A stretch of 50,016 nucleotides of DNA from Candidatus Peregrinibacteria bacterium CG10_big_fil_rev_8_21_14_0_10_42_8 (GCA_002772815.1 PFDQ01000043.1:15955-65970); one strand, 5' to 3'. Counted from the stretch's first letter, positions 38,876 through 48,516 are shown. Program-made: numbers and translations. The notes: generated by a model from the sequence alone, not told the origin.

Positions 38876-39385
38876 ATGAAAAAAGCTCTTATCATCATCG
38901 CAAACAGTGGATACCAAGACCACGAATACGCAGGAACGCGAAAGGGTCTTGAGGAGGCAGGTTTTGAGATTGTTCTTGCTGCAAAAGACGCAGGTCCATG
39001 TAGTGGATCTCTGGGTGGAGCAGAACATGCAACGGTCTCACTTCGTGATGTCGATGTTTCCGATTATGATACTATCGCATTTATTGGAGGCCCTGGGGCA
39101 GCACTTCTCGCATCAGATGCTGATGCATTAAAGATAGTAAATGACGCCTACAGAGCAGATATGCCACTTGGAGCTATTTGTATTGCACCAACTATTCTTG
39201 CAAAAGCACAGGTGCTCGAGGGTAAGAGGGCAACCGTATGGAACGAGGACGGTTTACAGAAAGACCTCCTCGAAACCTACGGAGCAGAGTACACAGGAGA
39301 ATCTGTTACGATTGACGGAAACATTGTCACAGGAAATGGACCAAAAGCAGCAGAGGAATTTGGGATAGCATTGGCGAAACTATAG
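38876..39385 (+). CDS. DJ-1/PfpI family protein
   Basis: GYQDHE, IAFIGGPGA, GAICIAP.ILA, GNIVTGNGP. Confidence 0.93.
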   Translation: MKKALIIIANSGYQDHEYAGTRKGLEEAGFEIVLAAKDAGPCSGSLGGAEHATVSLRDVDVSDYDTIAFIGGPGAALLASDADALKIVNDAYRADMPLGAICIAPTILAKAQVLEGKRATVWNEDGLQKDLLETYGAEYTGESVTIDGNIVTGNGPKAAEEFGIALAKL

Positions 39386-40603
39386 TTACTCAAACTTTAG
39401 GCGTCCAAATTGTTGCACCCATACATCTTCGTAGAGCCCGATGCCAATTTCTTCAAATTCTGGTCGAAGCATATTTGTTCGATGACTAGGGGAATTTTTC
39501 CAATCTTGCATAACTTCTTTTACCGTAAGTTGTCCTTTTGCTAGGTTCTCTCCAAGAGAGAAGATTGGTTCACAACTACACTGTTCGTTTCCTTTTATGA
39601 GGTAATTTGAACCAATTTCTAGCGATCCACCTAAGTCAAATTGCTGAGAGCAGGAACAGCTATCTGGGTTAATATCAAGGTATCCACTTCTTCGAATGCG
39701 GTCGACATAGCTCAGTCCTTCTGGTGTGTAGTGGCTAAAGTATCCTCTTTCTGCCATATCTTTTGCATGTCTCTGCCCAGAGAGTTCGAGATAGTAATTA
39801 GACCGTAGTGGTCCAAGATTATACTCTGTTCGAAAATCGTTTACTGCTTTAATGAGATCATTCCGTGTTTGTGATGCGAGGTTTGTACGAGAGGTGAGGA
39901 GCTTCAGAGTGGCATTCTTAATGCTTGTCGGCGTTGAAAGAGACATAAAAATACTTGGTTTTTTATAGAGTGATTCAGTATCTTCTTCAGTAGCAGTAGA
40001 ATGCAGCGGTATAAGCGTGGGCTGTACAGTCACAACGCCTGTTGGCACCATTTTGGCAGGAATGAGCCCATTTATTCCTTGAAGTGATGGCTCTGCCTTG
40101 AGCAGTGTATACACCGCTTTTGCAGCTTCTACATGGGAAATACGTAGGTTAGGATGGAGAAGATGTGGGCTATTGTCATCAGTAAAAAGATAATATCTCC
40201 ACGATAGACCAGCGTAAGGTCCTTCATCATTCTGTGTATCAATATCTGTGTATTGATATGGCAAATTTGTTGTGAGATGAAATGCAATACTCATCATTTT
40301 AAGAAACTCAATACGTGAGACAGAATGATCGGGAAAGACAAACCCTGTGTCTCCCACAGTAATAATTCCTTTTTCGATACCTTTTAAAATATGAGGGGTA
40401 TACCACTGTCCATCAATAACATCTGGATACTTTCCATTACTACGTGTGCCAAGTTCCACTTCAACACCAGCATTCTTAAGGAGGATCATGACTGCCTCAG
40501 ATCGTTTTACATACGAAACTGGTTCAGTTTCAGCTCCGAAAGATTGCGGAATACTACTGAAGAGAAAGATGCCAACAAAGAGGAAGGAATAGAATTTTCG
40601 CAT
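39386..40603 (-). CDS. SLH + CAP domain secreted protein
   Basis: Signal peptide; YPDV..GQWY..FPDHSVSRIE SLH motif; RHAKDM..YFSH, GENLAKGQ, WKNSPSHR. Confidence 0.88.
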   Translation of the reverse strand: MRKFYSFLFVGIFLFSSIPQSFGAETEPVSYVKRSEAVMILLKNAGVEVELGTRSNGKYPDVIDGQWYTPHILKGIEKGIITVGDTGFVFPDHSVSRIEFLKMMSIAFHLTTNLPYQYTDIDTQNDEGPYAGLSWRYYLFTDDNSPHLLHPNLRISHVEAAKAVYTLLKAEPSLQGINGLIPAKMVPTGVVTVQPTLIPLHSTATEEDTESLYKKPSIFMSLSTPTSIKNATLKLLTSRTNLASQTRNDLIKAVNDFRTEYNLGPLRSNYYLELSGQRHAKDMAERGYFSHYTPEGLSYVDRIRRSGYLDINPDSCSCSQQFDLGGSLEIGSNYLIKGNEQCSCEPIFSLGENLAKGQLTVKEVMQDWKNSPSHRTNMLRPEFEEIGIGLYEDVWVQQFGRLKFE

Positions 40604-40719
40604 GAATCTATATATTCTATCATAAATTCTGCATTTCTGCCAGAGCACTCTGATCCGCTGAAAATATAGTCAAAAATCTACCCAGAAATGCCTTTACGTC
40701 AGCAAATCTAGTCAGTACC

Positions 40720-41172
40720 ATGTCGCAGATTATGCTACACACTTTAAAGCCAGCACCGGGTTCTCGAAAAAAGTCTATTCGCCGTGGACGTGGTAGCAGC
40801 GCAGGCCGCGGTACAACTGCTGGTCGTGGAACAAAGGGATATGGATCTCGCGCTGGTTCGAGCACTGCTCGAAACTTCGAAGGAGGTCAGACACCACTTC
40901 TTATGCGTCAGCCGAAGCTTGCTGGTTTCAAAAACCCTAACCACAAGGAGTACGAAGTGGTAAATGTTGGAGATCTTGAGCTTAAAGTAAAAGCAGGAAC
41001 GTACGACGTGAAGGATTTGAAAGTTCAGAAACTTGTGAGCACAAACAAGCCAGTAAAACTCCTAAGCCGTGGAGAAGTAAAAAAGAAATTTGAGATCACT
41101 ATCAACGCTGCTTCAAAGGCTGCAATCGCTGCAATTGAAAAGGCTGGTGGAAAGGTCACAGTTCTAAAATAA
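40720..41172 (+). CDS. rplO: 50S ribosomal protein L15 (start possibly 40732)
   Basis: R.GRG..AGRGT..GRGTKG, FEGGQTPL, A..AIEKAGGKV. Confidence 0.97.
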   Translation: MSQIMLHTLKPAPGSRKKSIRRGRGSSAGRGTTAGRGTKGYGSRAGSSTARNFEGGQTPLLMRQPKLAGFKNPNHKEYEVVNVGDLELKVKAGTYDVKDLKVQKLVSTNKPVKLLSRGEVKKKFEITINAASKAAIAAIEKAGGKVTVLK

Positions 41173-41182
41173 GACTCAACAC

Positions 41183-42466
41183 ATGTTTACGTATTTACGA
41201 CAACTTTGGCACTCTGAGCAGCTGCGAAAGCAGATCCTCGTAACGCTCGGACTCCTTTTGGTGTACCGCGTTGTTGCACACATTGCTGTTCCTGGAACAG
41301 ATCCTTTCGCACTAGAAAGCTTCCTTAATACACGTTCAAGTGGAGGAGTAGTGGGTGTATTTGCAGCACTAACAGGAGGTGCGATCGATAACTTCTCTGT
41401 TGTTCTTCTTGGACTCTCTCCATATATTAATGCATCGATCATCATGCAGCTCTGTACTGTTATTTTCCCTCGTCTAGAGGCAATCAGTAAAGAAGGTGCA
41501 ACTGGTCAGCAGACGATTAACAAGTACACACGGTGGTTGGCAGTTCCTTTGTCGTTCGTACAGAGTTACGGATTCTTGGTATTGCTTGGGGCAGGTGGTG
41601 TACAGCTCGTAGATCTCACATTCCCAGGTGTTCTCTTTCCAATGCTTTACGTAACAGCAGGTGCAATGTTTTTGATGTGGCTTGGAGAGCTCGTTACAGA
41701 GAAAGGAATTGGAAACGGTATTTCACTCATTATCTTCATTGGAATCGTATCTGGAATGCCAACAGTGCTTAGCTCTATGTTCCTTGCAGGACAGGGTAAG
41801 CAGGCTGCATTCTTCCTCTTCTGTATTGTCTCACTTGCAATGCTTGTTTGCGTCGTTCTCTTTACGGATGCGCATAGATTAATTCCGATCACATACGCAA
41901 ACCAAGGTGCAGGACGCGGCGTACAGGGAAACATCCCAATTCGCCTCAACCAAGCAGGAATGATCCCGATCATCTTCTCTATTTCATTGATCACTCTTCC
42001 AGCCATTATTGCACAGTTCCTTGCAACTGCTACTCGTCCAATTCTTCAGCAGACTGCGAACTTCATCAACCTGTATATCAATCCAAATAATCCAAGTATT
42101 CTGTACATGGCGATCTACTTTGGTTTGGTAATGGGATTCACATACTTCTACGTATCTGTTACATTCAAGCCAGATGAAGTAGCTGAAAACATTCAGAAGC
42201 GTGGAGGTTTCGTTCCAGGAATCCGTCCAGGTAAGCAGACAGCAGAACTCTTGCAGCAGGTAAGTAATCGTATGAACCTTTGGGGTGGCCTCTTCCTCGG
42301 AATTGTCGCTATCGTCCCACTTATCTTTACAAAGTATTCAGCACTCAGTTCACAGGATTTGATTATCTCTGGTTCTGGTCTCATCATCGTTGTGGGTGTT
42401 GTGATGGAGCTTATCCGTCAGATAAACGCACAGCTCTTGGCTCACGATTACGAGAAACTCGTTTAA
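41183..42466 (+). CDS. secY: Preprotein translocase subunit SecY
   Basis: GLSPYINASIIMQL, GIGNGISLIIF, AGMIPIIF, FVPGIRPG. Confidence 0.98.
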   Translation: MFTYLRQLWHSEQLRKQILVTLGLLLVYRVVAHIAVPGTDPFALESFLNTRSSGGVVGVFAALTGGAIDNFSVVLLGLSPYINASIIMQLCTVIFPRLEAISKEGATGQQTINKYTRWLAVPLSFVQSYGFLVLLGAGGVQLVDLTFPGVLFPMLYVTAGAMFLMWLGELVTEKGIGNGISLIIFIGIVSGMPTVLSSMFLAGQGKQAAFFLFCIVSLAMLVCVVLFTDAHRLIPITYANQGAGRGVQGNIPIRLNQAGMIPIIFSISLITLPAIIAQFLATATRPILQQTANFINLYINPNNPSILYMAIYFGLVMGFTYFYVSVTFKPDEVAENIQKRGGFVPGIRPGKQTAELLQQVSNRMNLWGGLFLGIVAIVPLIFTKYSALSSQDLIISGSGLIIVVGVVMELIRQINAQLLAHDYEKLV

Positions 42467-42571
42467 CTATTAGTTCCATATATTCATATATATAAGCTTT
42501 TTATGGCAGGTATTTAATACTTGCTATATTTAACTAAATATAGTATATATAACTAATATTCCCATACTATT

Positions 42572-43060
42572 ATGGCTAAGAACGAATCACCAAACGGACC
42601 TAACGCAATAACAGATGAAGCTGGAACACCAGAAGGTGTACATTTTACAAATAGCAATGGCGTACTTACAGTGACGCTCGATTCGTTTGATGTTGATACA
42701 CTGAAAAATGCTGCTAAGGCAATTTTATCTCGTTAATTCCGCACAGATGAATTTGAAGGTTTTGGTTACGTAAGACAAATCTTTATAGACTTTGATGATA
42801 GAGAAGACAGTGGGAGTAGAGCAGTTCAGAAAGATCTTATATCGCCATTAGAGAGGTATCTTCCACTTGGAGGTGACGAAATTATTGCATATCTCAATAG
42901 AGCAACCCTCGAAGAAGCAAGTGAGGAAAGTATCTCTGTTGAAGGGCCATCTGAGATGACAGGATTGGTAAAAAAGAAACTAGAAGAGGTAGTTAAATAT
43001 CCTACTGACACAGGATCAGAGATATCAAATGGTACTCGTGGGATATATGGCAATTCATAG
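42572..43060 (+). pseudogene. Hypothetical gene interrupted by one in-frame TAA (42734-42736)
   Basis: MAKNESPNG...AILSR*FRTDEFEG...GIYGNS*: 163 codons in one frame with a single internal stop. Confidence 0.6.
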
Positions 43061-43144
43061 TATTGGGATAGTAGATGAGGTCATAGTAACGGATTAATCA
43101 GTATTCTCCTTTCTATTTCTTCTTTTCCATTTTACACTTTCTGT

Positions 43145-43711
43145 ATGGATCTAGTCTTCTTCGGTATTCAGGGCTCTGGTAAAGGAACGCAAGCTCGTAT
43201 GCTTGCAGAAGAGTTTGGGTATTACATTTTTGAAGCAGGAGGAGAGCTACGAAAGATAAAAGCTTCTGGTACAGAACTTGGTGAAACAGTAAAGAACTAC
43301 ATTGATAATGGAGAACTTGTTCCGTTTGAGATTATCATGAAAGTAGTAAAAGAAGCAGTCGGTAATGTTCCAGAAGAGCAGCAGATCCTGTTTGATGGTA
43401 TTCCACGAGATCTCGACCAAATGAATGCATTTAATACGATTATGAACACAGCAGGAAGAGAGCTTCAGTGTGTGCATATTCTTCTTAATAAAGACGAAGC
43501 AGTAGAGCGCATAAAGAGCCGTGCAGCGATAGAAGGCCGTGCAGATGATGCAGACCAAGAGAAGGTCTTACGTCGTATGGATCTCTTCGTTGATAAGACA
43601 ATGCCAGTGATTAAGGCATATGAATCTGCAGGCAAAGTCATTGAAGTAGATGGGCAGGGGACAGTTGAAGAGATCTACGAGAGAATTAAAAGTGGAATTA
43701 GTAATGCATAG
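43145..43711 (+). CDS. adk: Adenylate kinase (short, small-LID type)
   Basis: GIQGSGKGTQA, GELVP, FDGIPR, GRADD. Confidence 0.92.
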   Translation: MDLVFFGIQGSGKGTQARMLAEEFGYYIFEAGGELRKIKASGTELGETVKNYIDNGELVPFEIIMKVVKEAVGNVPEEQQILFDGIPRDLDQMNAFNTIMNTAGRELQCVHILLNKDEAVERIKSRAAIEGRADDADQEKVLRRMDLFVDKTMPVIKAYESAGKVIEVDGQGTVEEIYERIKSGISNA

Positions 43712-43743
43712 CATGTAATTGCTACAGTATACTGACACTATCA

Positions 43744-44493
43744 ATGGGAAAGTTTCAGATATTTACGGCAGAGGAGCAGCAATCTTTACGGGAAGCCGGA
43801 AAGATTCTCTCTGAGTGTTTGGCATACATCGGCGATCTTGTCGCACCTGGTATTACGACAAAAGAGCTCGATCGCGCAGCTGAAGAGTTTATCCGAAGGC
43901 ACGAAGGGGCAACCCCTGCATTTCAGGGGTATCATGGTTACCCAGCGACACTCTGCACATCAGTTAACGAAGAGTGTGTGCATGGCCTCCCAGGGGATAG
44001 AGTACTCAAGGAAGGGGATATCATTGCCACAGACTGTGGAGTAATGATAAACAACCTCTATACAGATGCGTGTCGTACGTTTGGAGTAGGCAAGATCTCT
44101 AAAGAGGCGCAGAAGCTACTAGACGTGACGTCAAATGCCCTAGAGGCAGCAGTAGCAGTGACACGATCTGGTGTGCGCGTAGGAACGATTTCTGCGACCA
44201 TTCAAGACCTTGTCGAAGCCGAAGGGCTGACGATTGTCTCTGCCTTAACAGGGCATGGTCTCGGAAAGACATTGCATCAATTCCCAGATGTCCCAAACTA
44301 TGGAGAAAAAGACACAGGACCAATGCTTCCTGTTGGGACACTTATTGCCGTAGAGCCTATCGTATGTACAGGAAAAGACGGTATCAAAGAGACATCAGAC
44401 CTTTGGACTATTAATACAAGAGACGGGTCACTTTCTGCTCACTTCGAGCACACATTGTTGATCACAGAAGAGGGTTGCGAAATCATTGCGTAA
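43744..44493 (+). CDS. map: Methionine aminopeptidase type I
   Basis: CTSVNEECVHGLP, GHGLG..LHQ.P.VPN, SAHFEHT. Confidence 0.97.
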   Translation: MGKFQIFTAEEQQSLREAGKILSECLAYIGDLVAPGITTKELDRAAEEFIRRHEGATPAFQGYHGYPATLCTSVNEECVHGLPGDRVLKEGDIIATDCGVMINNLYTDACRTFGVGKISKEAQKLLDVTSNALEAAVAVTRSGVRVGTISATIQDLVEAEGLTIVSALTGHGLGKTLHQFPDVPNYGEKDTGPMLPVGTLIAVEPIVCTGKDGIKETSDLWTINTRDGSLSAHFEHTLLITEEGCEIIA

Positions 44494-44602
44494 ATATCGG
44501 CTTAAAACAGTGAAAATGTGGTAAAAATATTTACTTAAACAACATTTTTATTTTTTTGACTAGTACTTTTAAAAGAAAGTACACTTTTTTACTGCCAAGT
44601 GC

Positions 44603-44631
44603 TTGATACAGCTTAAATTGCTCTGTAGGAT
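44603..44631 (+). promoter_or_regulatory. Putative sigma70 promoter upstream of infA
   Basis: TTGATA-17 nt-TAGGAT. Confidence 0.45.
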
Positions 44632-44659
44632 CTCTCGGCTTGTATCCCCGATATGCTTA

Positions 44660-44956
44660 GTGGCTAAAGATGTTATTGAACTCATAGGCGTAGTCGAAGA
44701 ATCATTTCCAAATACTACGTTTAGCGTCAAAATCTTAAGTCCACAAGCAAAGGATCATCAGATCCTCTGTACGCTCGCGGGTCGCATGCGCGTTCATCGC
44801 GTACGCATCCTGCCAGGCGACCGGGTGAAGATAGAGATGACCCCATATGATCTCGAGAAGGGTCGAATCTGCTACCGCTACAGGTCTGATCAAAAGATCG
44901 ATCTAGAAACTGGAGAAGCCATAAGGCCAGCTCCAAGTAGCGAAGGACAAGCGTAA
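44660..44956 (+). CDS. infA: Translation initiation factor IF-1 with C-terminal extension
   Basis: GTG start; G.V.E..PN..F.V, GRMR..RVRILPGDRV..EMTPYDLEKGRI.YR. Confidence 0.95.
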   Translation: MAKDVIELIGVVEESFPNTTFSVKILSPQAKDHQILCTLAGRMRVHRVRILPGDRVKIEMTPYDLEKGRICYRYRSDQKIDLETGEAIRPAPSSEGQA

Positions 44957-44980
44957 TATATTTATTCCTACTCTTATCCC

Positions 44981-45136
44981 GTGAAAGTTCGTGCATCCGT
45001 AAAACCGATTGGAAAAAATGACCGCCTGGTGATCCGAAGGGCTGGTGTGCGTATTAAAAGAGGAAAGATTTCAGGTGGGAAAAAAGTTCGTCGTATTGTA
45101 TCTCCTATCCCTCGCAATAAGCAGCGCCAAGGGTAA
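44981..45136 (+). CDS. rpmJ: 50S ribosomal protein L36, Zn-ligand-free, with insertion (not in ORF track)
   Basis: [51 protein letters not shown]; lies between infA and rpsM. Confidence 0.9.
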   Translation: MKVRASVKPIGKNDRLVIRRAGVRIKRGKISGGKKVRRIVSPIPRNKQRQG

Positions 45137-45153
45137 TTATTCCATTTCTTATT

Positions 45154-45534
45154 ATGCCAAGAATCGCAGGTGTCGTCATACCGGGTAACAAACGAACAGA
45201 GATCGCTCTGACGTATATCAAAGGTATCGGCCGTTCACTTTCTCAGGCTATCTTGAAGGAATTAAAAATTGATGGAGACAAGAAGGCAGACGATCTTACA
45301 GAGGATGAAGAGAGCCGCCTCAGAACTCGTATTGAAAAAGAAACAGTAGAAGGAGACCTCACACGACTCGTATCCATGAATATTAAGCGCCTTCAAGACA
45401 TTGGAACATGGCGCGGATTCCGTCACCGTCGTAAGCTTCCGGTTCGTGGTCAGACATCCCGTCGTAACGCTCGTACAAAGCGTGGTAAGAAGAAGACAGG
45501 AGGATCTGGACGAACATCACTATCTAAGACTTAA
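45154..45534 (+). CDS. rpsM: 30S ribosomal protein S13
   Basis: MPRIAGV, ALTYI.GIG, RG.RHRR.LPVRGQ. Confidence 0.98.
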   Translation: MPRIAGVVIPGNKRTEIALTYIKGIGRSLSQAILKELKIDGDKKADDLTEDEESRLRTRIEKETVEGDLTRLVSMNIKRLQDIGTWRGFRHRRKLPVRGQTSRRNARTKRGKKKTGGSGRTSLSKT

Positions 45535-45557
45535 TCCCAATTAATCCCTAATCTATT

Positions 45558-45959
45558 ATGGCTACCGCCAAATCAAAGACTACAAAGGCAAAGAAGAAAA
45601 AGATTAAGCGCACGGTGCAGAAGGCTCGATGCTGCATCCACGCAGGAGAAAACAATACTATTGTGAGCTTCACCGATTTCAATGGTGATAAGCTCGGTGG
45701 TAGTAGTGCTGGCGCATGTGGCTTTAAGGGAACACGAAAATCTACACCATACGCAGCAAAAATCGCTGCAGAGAAAGCAGCAGAGAATGTTGCAGGATTT
45801 AACATTGAATCCGTGCAGGTAGAGGTAAAAGGCCTCGGTCCTGGACGTGAACAAGCTATCCGCGGTATTCAGTCTGCTGGACTCAACCTCGATGCAATCA
45901 TCGATCTTACTCCTGTTCCTCACGGTGGATGCCGCGCCCCTGGAAGGCGGCGTGTATAA
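45558..45959 (+). CDS. rpsK: 30S ribosomal protein S11
   Basis: NNTIV..TD, GFKGTRKSTPYAA, GPGRE.AIR, TPVPHGGCR. Confidence 0.97.
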   Translation: MATAKSKTTKAKKKKIKRTVQKARCCIHAGENNTIVSFTDFNGDKLGGSSAGACGFKGTRKSTPYAAKIAAEKAAENVAGFNIESVQVEVKGLGPGREQAIRGIQSAGLNLDAIIDLTPVPHGGCRAPGRRRV

Positions 45960-46017
45960 ACGTAAAGACGTGATGGCATCGCGTCTCTTCATCTCTCTCA
46001 CTACTAATTCATCACTC

Positions 46018-46635
46018 ATGAAATATACTGGACCTAAAGCAAAGCGCTGTCGACGACAAGGAACCAACATCTATGGTTCTGATAAGTACGACAAAATCTT
46101 GCAGCGAAAGCCGTATGGCCCTGGAAAGGGACCACGAACACGCAGCAAGCGTCCAACAGAGTTTGGTCGTCAGCTTCTTGAAAAACAGAAAGCTCGCGAT
46201 ATGTTCGGTCTCTCAGAGCGTCAGTTCGTCCGTCTCTATAAGACGGCTGTTGCTTCACAAGACCAAACAGGAGAGACATTATTAACACTCCTTGAACGAC
46301 GCCTCGATAACGCACTATACCGTGCAGGCTTCGCATTAACACGACTCCAATCACGTCAGTTCTCTGCTCACGGTGTATTCACCGTTAATGGAGTACGCGT
46401 CACATCTCCATCATTCCGTTTGTCTGTTGGAGACGTCATTGAAGTACGCTCAAAAAGTAAATCATCACCCGTGTTTACTCCTATTCTTGAAGCGCATGAG
46501 AAATACATGCCACCTTCATGGCTAAAGGTAGATCCATCTAACCTCAAGATCGAGGTTGTTGGCCTTCCAGCAGCTGAGGATGCAGAGCAAGCAATCGATG
46601 TACGACAAGTCATCGAATACTACTCACGTAGGTAA
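46018..46635 (+). CDS. rpsD: 30S ribosomal protein S4
   Basis: YTGPK.KRCRR, EKQKAR..FGLSERQF, LERRLDN, IEYYSR. Confidence 0.97.
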   Translation: MKYTGPKAKRCRRQGTNIYGSDKYDKILQRKPYGPGKGPRTRSKRPTEFGRQLLEKQKARDMFGLSERQFVRLYKTAVASQDQTGETLLTLLERRLDNALYRAGFALTRLQSRQFSAHGVFTVNGVRVTSPSFRLSVGDVIEVRSKSKSSPVFTPILEAHEKYMPPSWLKVDPSNLKIEVVGLPAAEDAEQAIDVRQVIEYYSRR

Positions 46636-46651
46636 CCTTCCCCCAAACCTT

Positions 46652-47647
46652 ATGCACATCATTCAGGAAGAAATAGGTCTCCCAATATTCTCCTCTCAAA
46701 CAGGTAGCACTGGAGACGACTCTCATAAAGTTTTCACCATCGGACCCCTTCCTCCAGGATACGGAATGACTCTTGGAAATGCGATGCGTCGCACTCTCCT
46801 TTCTAGTCTTCCAGGAGCAGCAGTAACTTCGATGCGTATTCAAGGATCTCAGCATGAATACACTGCTATTAAAGGTGTTCGTGAATCTGGTGTAGACATC
46901 GCTCTTAACCTTAAGGGACTACGTCTACGCAAGTTCAGTAAAGAGTCTGAAGTGATTACACTTCAAGGAAAAGGACCTGTAACACTGACTGCAAAGGATT
47001 TGCAGGTATCATCAGATATCGAAGTCCTCGACCCAAGCCACGAAATCCTTACCCTAGAGAAGGGTGGAGAAATAGAGATTTCTATCACTGTCGAAAAGGG
47101 TGTCGGATACAGCCCAGCAGCAGAACGAAATAAGAAGAACAACGAGCCAGGCCTTGTCCACATTGATGCTATTTTCAGCCCAGTCGTAAAAGTACGATTC
47201 GACGTAGAGTCAGCTCGTGTTGGTCAGCGCACAGACCTTGAAAAGCTTAATCTTGATGTGCAGACAAATGGATCACTTAATGCTGAAGAAGCTGTTCAAT
47301 TTGCAGCACAGCTCCTCAAGAGCTACTTCGAATACTTTAGTTCTTCAGAAAAGGTTATCGAGAACGACTTTATTGCAGATTTCTCTCGAACTGGTGGACA
47401 CATTGCTGAAGAAAGCGATTCTGCTCCAATAAAAGAGAGTTACACACCTATTGAAATCCTCAACTTCTCACCACGAACCCTCAACGCGTTGATTAATGCA
47501 GGTGTTGGTTCTATTGAGCAGCTTACAAAGTGCACAGAACCAGCTCTCGCAAACTTTCGTGGATTCGGAGCAAAAGCTCTTGATGAAGTGAAAGACACCC
47601 TAGCAGAGCGAAATCTGAAGCTTTCTGACGAAGAGTCAGACAAATAA
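46652..47647 (+). CDS. rpoA: RNA polymerase alpha subunit
   Basis: PL..GYGMTLGNAMRR.LLSSLPGAA, DAIFSPV, RVGQRTD, SPRTLNAL. Confidence 0.97.
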   Translation: MHIIQEEIGLPIFSSQTGSTGDDSHKVFTIGPLPPGYGMTLGNAMRRTLLSSLPGAAVTSMRIQGSQHEYTAIKGVRESGVDIALNLKGLRLRKFSKESEVITLQGKGPVTLTAKDLQVSSDIEVLDPSHEILTLEKGGEIEISITVEKGVGYSPAAERNKKNNEPGLVHIDAIFSPVVKVRFDVESARVGQRTDLEKLNLDVQTNGSLNAEEAVQFAAQLLKSYFEYFSSSEKVIENDFIADFSRTGGHIAEESDSAPIKESYTPIEILNFSPRTLNALINAGVGSIEQLTKCTEPALANFRGFGAKALDEVKDTLAERNLKLSDEESDK

Positions 47648-47684
47648 TTGCATCCTTTTATTTTAAACGTATTATCTCCCACTC

Positions 47685-48089
47685 ATGAGACATCGAAGAT
47701 CTAAAAATCGGCTCAAGCAAAAACCTGGTCATGCCAGAATGCTCAAGCGTAACTTGATTACATCGTTGCTCATCTACGAGAAGATGCGTACGACAAAGAA
47801 GCGTGCAGCAGTGATTACTCCAGAGATTGATAAAATAATTTCATTTGCAAAGAGTCACAGCCCTCACGTTGCAATCCGTCACATTAATACAATCGTGACA
47901 GATAAGAATGCAAGTAAGAAGATTATGGAGGTATACACAAAGAGATTTGCAAAGAAATCATCTGGTCTCACTCGGACAAAGGCTCTTGGTAGTCGTGATG
48001 GTGATGGTGCAGAGCTTGTCGATATTAGCCTCGTAGAAGGAGAAGCAGTTGTTATTCCTGTAGCGAGCACTACCCCTAAGAAATCATAA
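47685..48089 (+). CDS. rplQ: 50S ribosomal protein L17
   Basis: MRHR, H...L.RNL.TSL, TT..RA, R.GDGAE. Confidence 0.96.
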   Translation: MRHRRSKNRLKQKPGHARMLKRNLITSLLIYEKMRTTKKRAAVITPEIDKIISFAKSHSPHVAIRHINTIVTDKNASKKIMEVYTKRFAKKSSGLTRTKALGSRDGDGAELVDISLVEGEAVVIPVASTTPKKS

Positions 48090-48514
48090 TGAAAACTTCT
48101 CATCCAAAACCAGAGGCTCCACAGTGGGTTATTGTTGATGCTAAGGGTAAAAACCTAGGAAGAATGGCTACAACAATTGCTACTGCATTACGTGGAAAAA
48201 ATAAGGTAACATTTAGCCCTCACCAGCTTTGTGGAGACCATGTCGTTGTTATTAATGCAAAAGAGCTTGATTTTCACCCAACAAAGCACCGACGAAGAGT
48301 ATACGTAAAGCACACAGGATACTTGGGCCACCTCAAGTCATGGTCTCTGCAGCAAATGCTTGATCAGAAGCCAACAGCACTAGTCGAAAGAGCTGTAAAA
48401 GGAATGCTTCCAAAAAACCGTCTTTCACGTCAGATGCTGAAGCGTCTTCACATCTTCCCAGGTGCAGAACATCCACACACTGCACAGCAACCTACTCCTC
48501 TATCAACTCTCTAA
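48089..48514 (+). CDS. rplM: 50S ribosomal protein L13
   Basis: W.IVDA....LGR.A, LRGKNK, GDHVVVINA, AVKGMLPKN. Confidence 0.97.
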   Translation: MKTSHPKPEAPQWVIVDAKGKNLGRMATTIATALRGKNKVTFSPHQLCGDHVVVINAKELDFHPTKHRRRVYVKHTGYLGHLKSWSLQQMLDQKPTALVERAVKGMLPKNRLSRQMLKRLHIFPGAEHPHTAQQPTPLSTL

Positions 48515-48516
48515 TT

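Noticed and set aside
42734..42736. Alternative genetic code explaining the in-frame stop
   Set aside because: The stop is TAA, the main terminator of the ribosomal genes here; TGA also ends conserved genes, so code 25 is not supported
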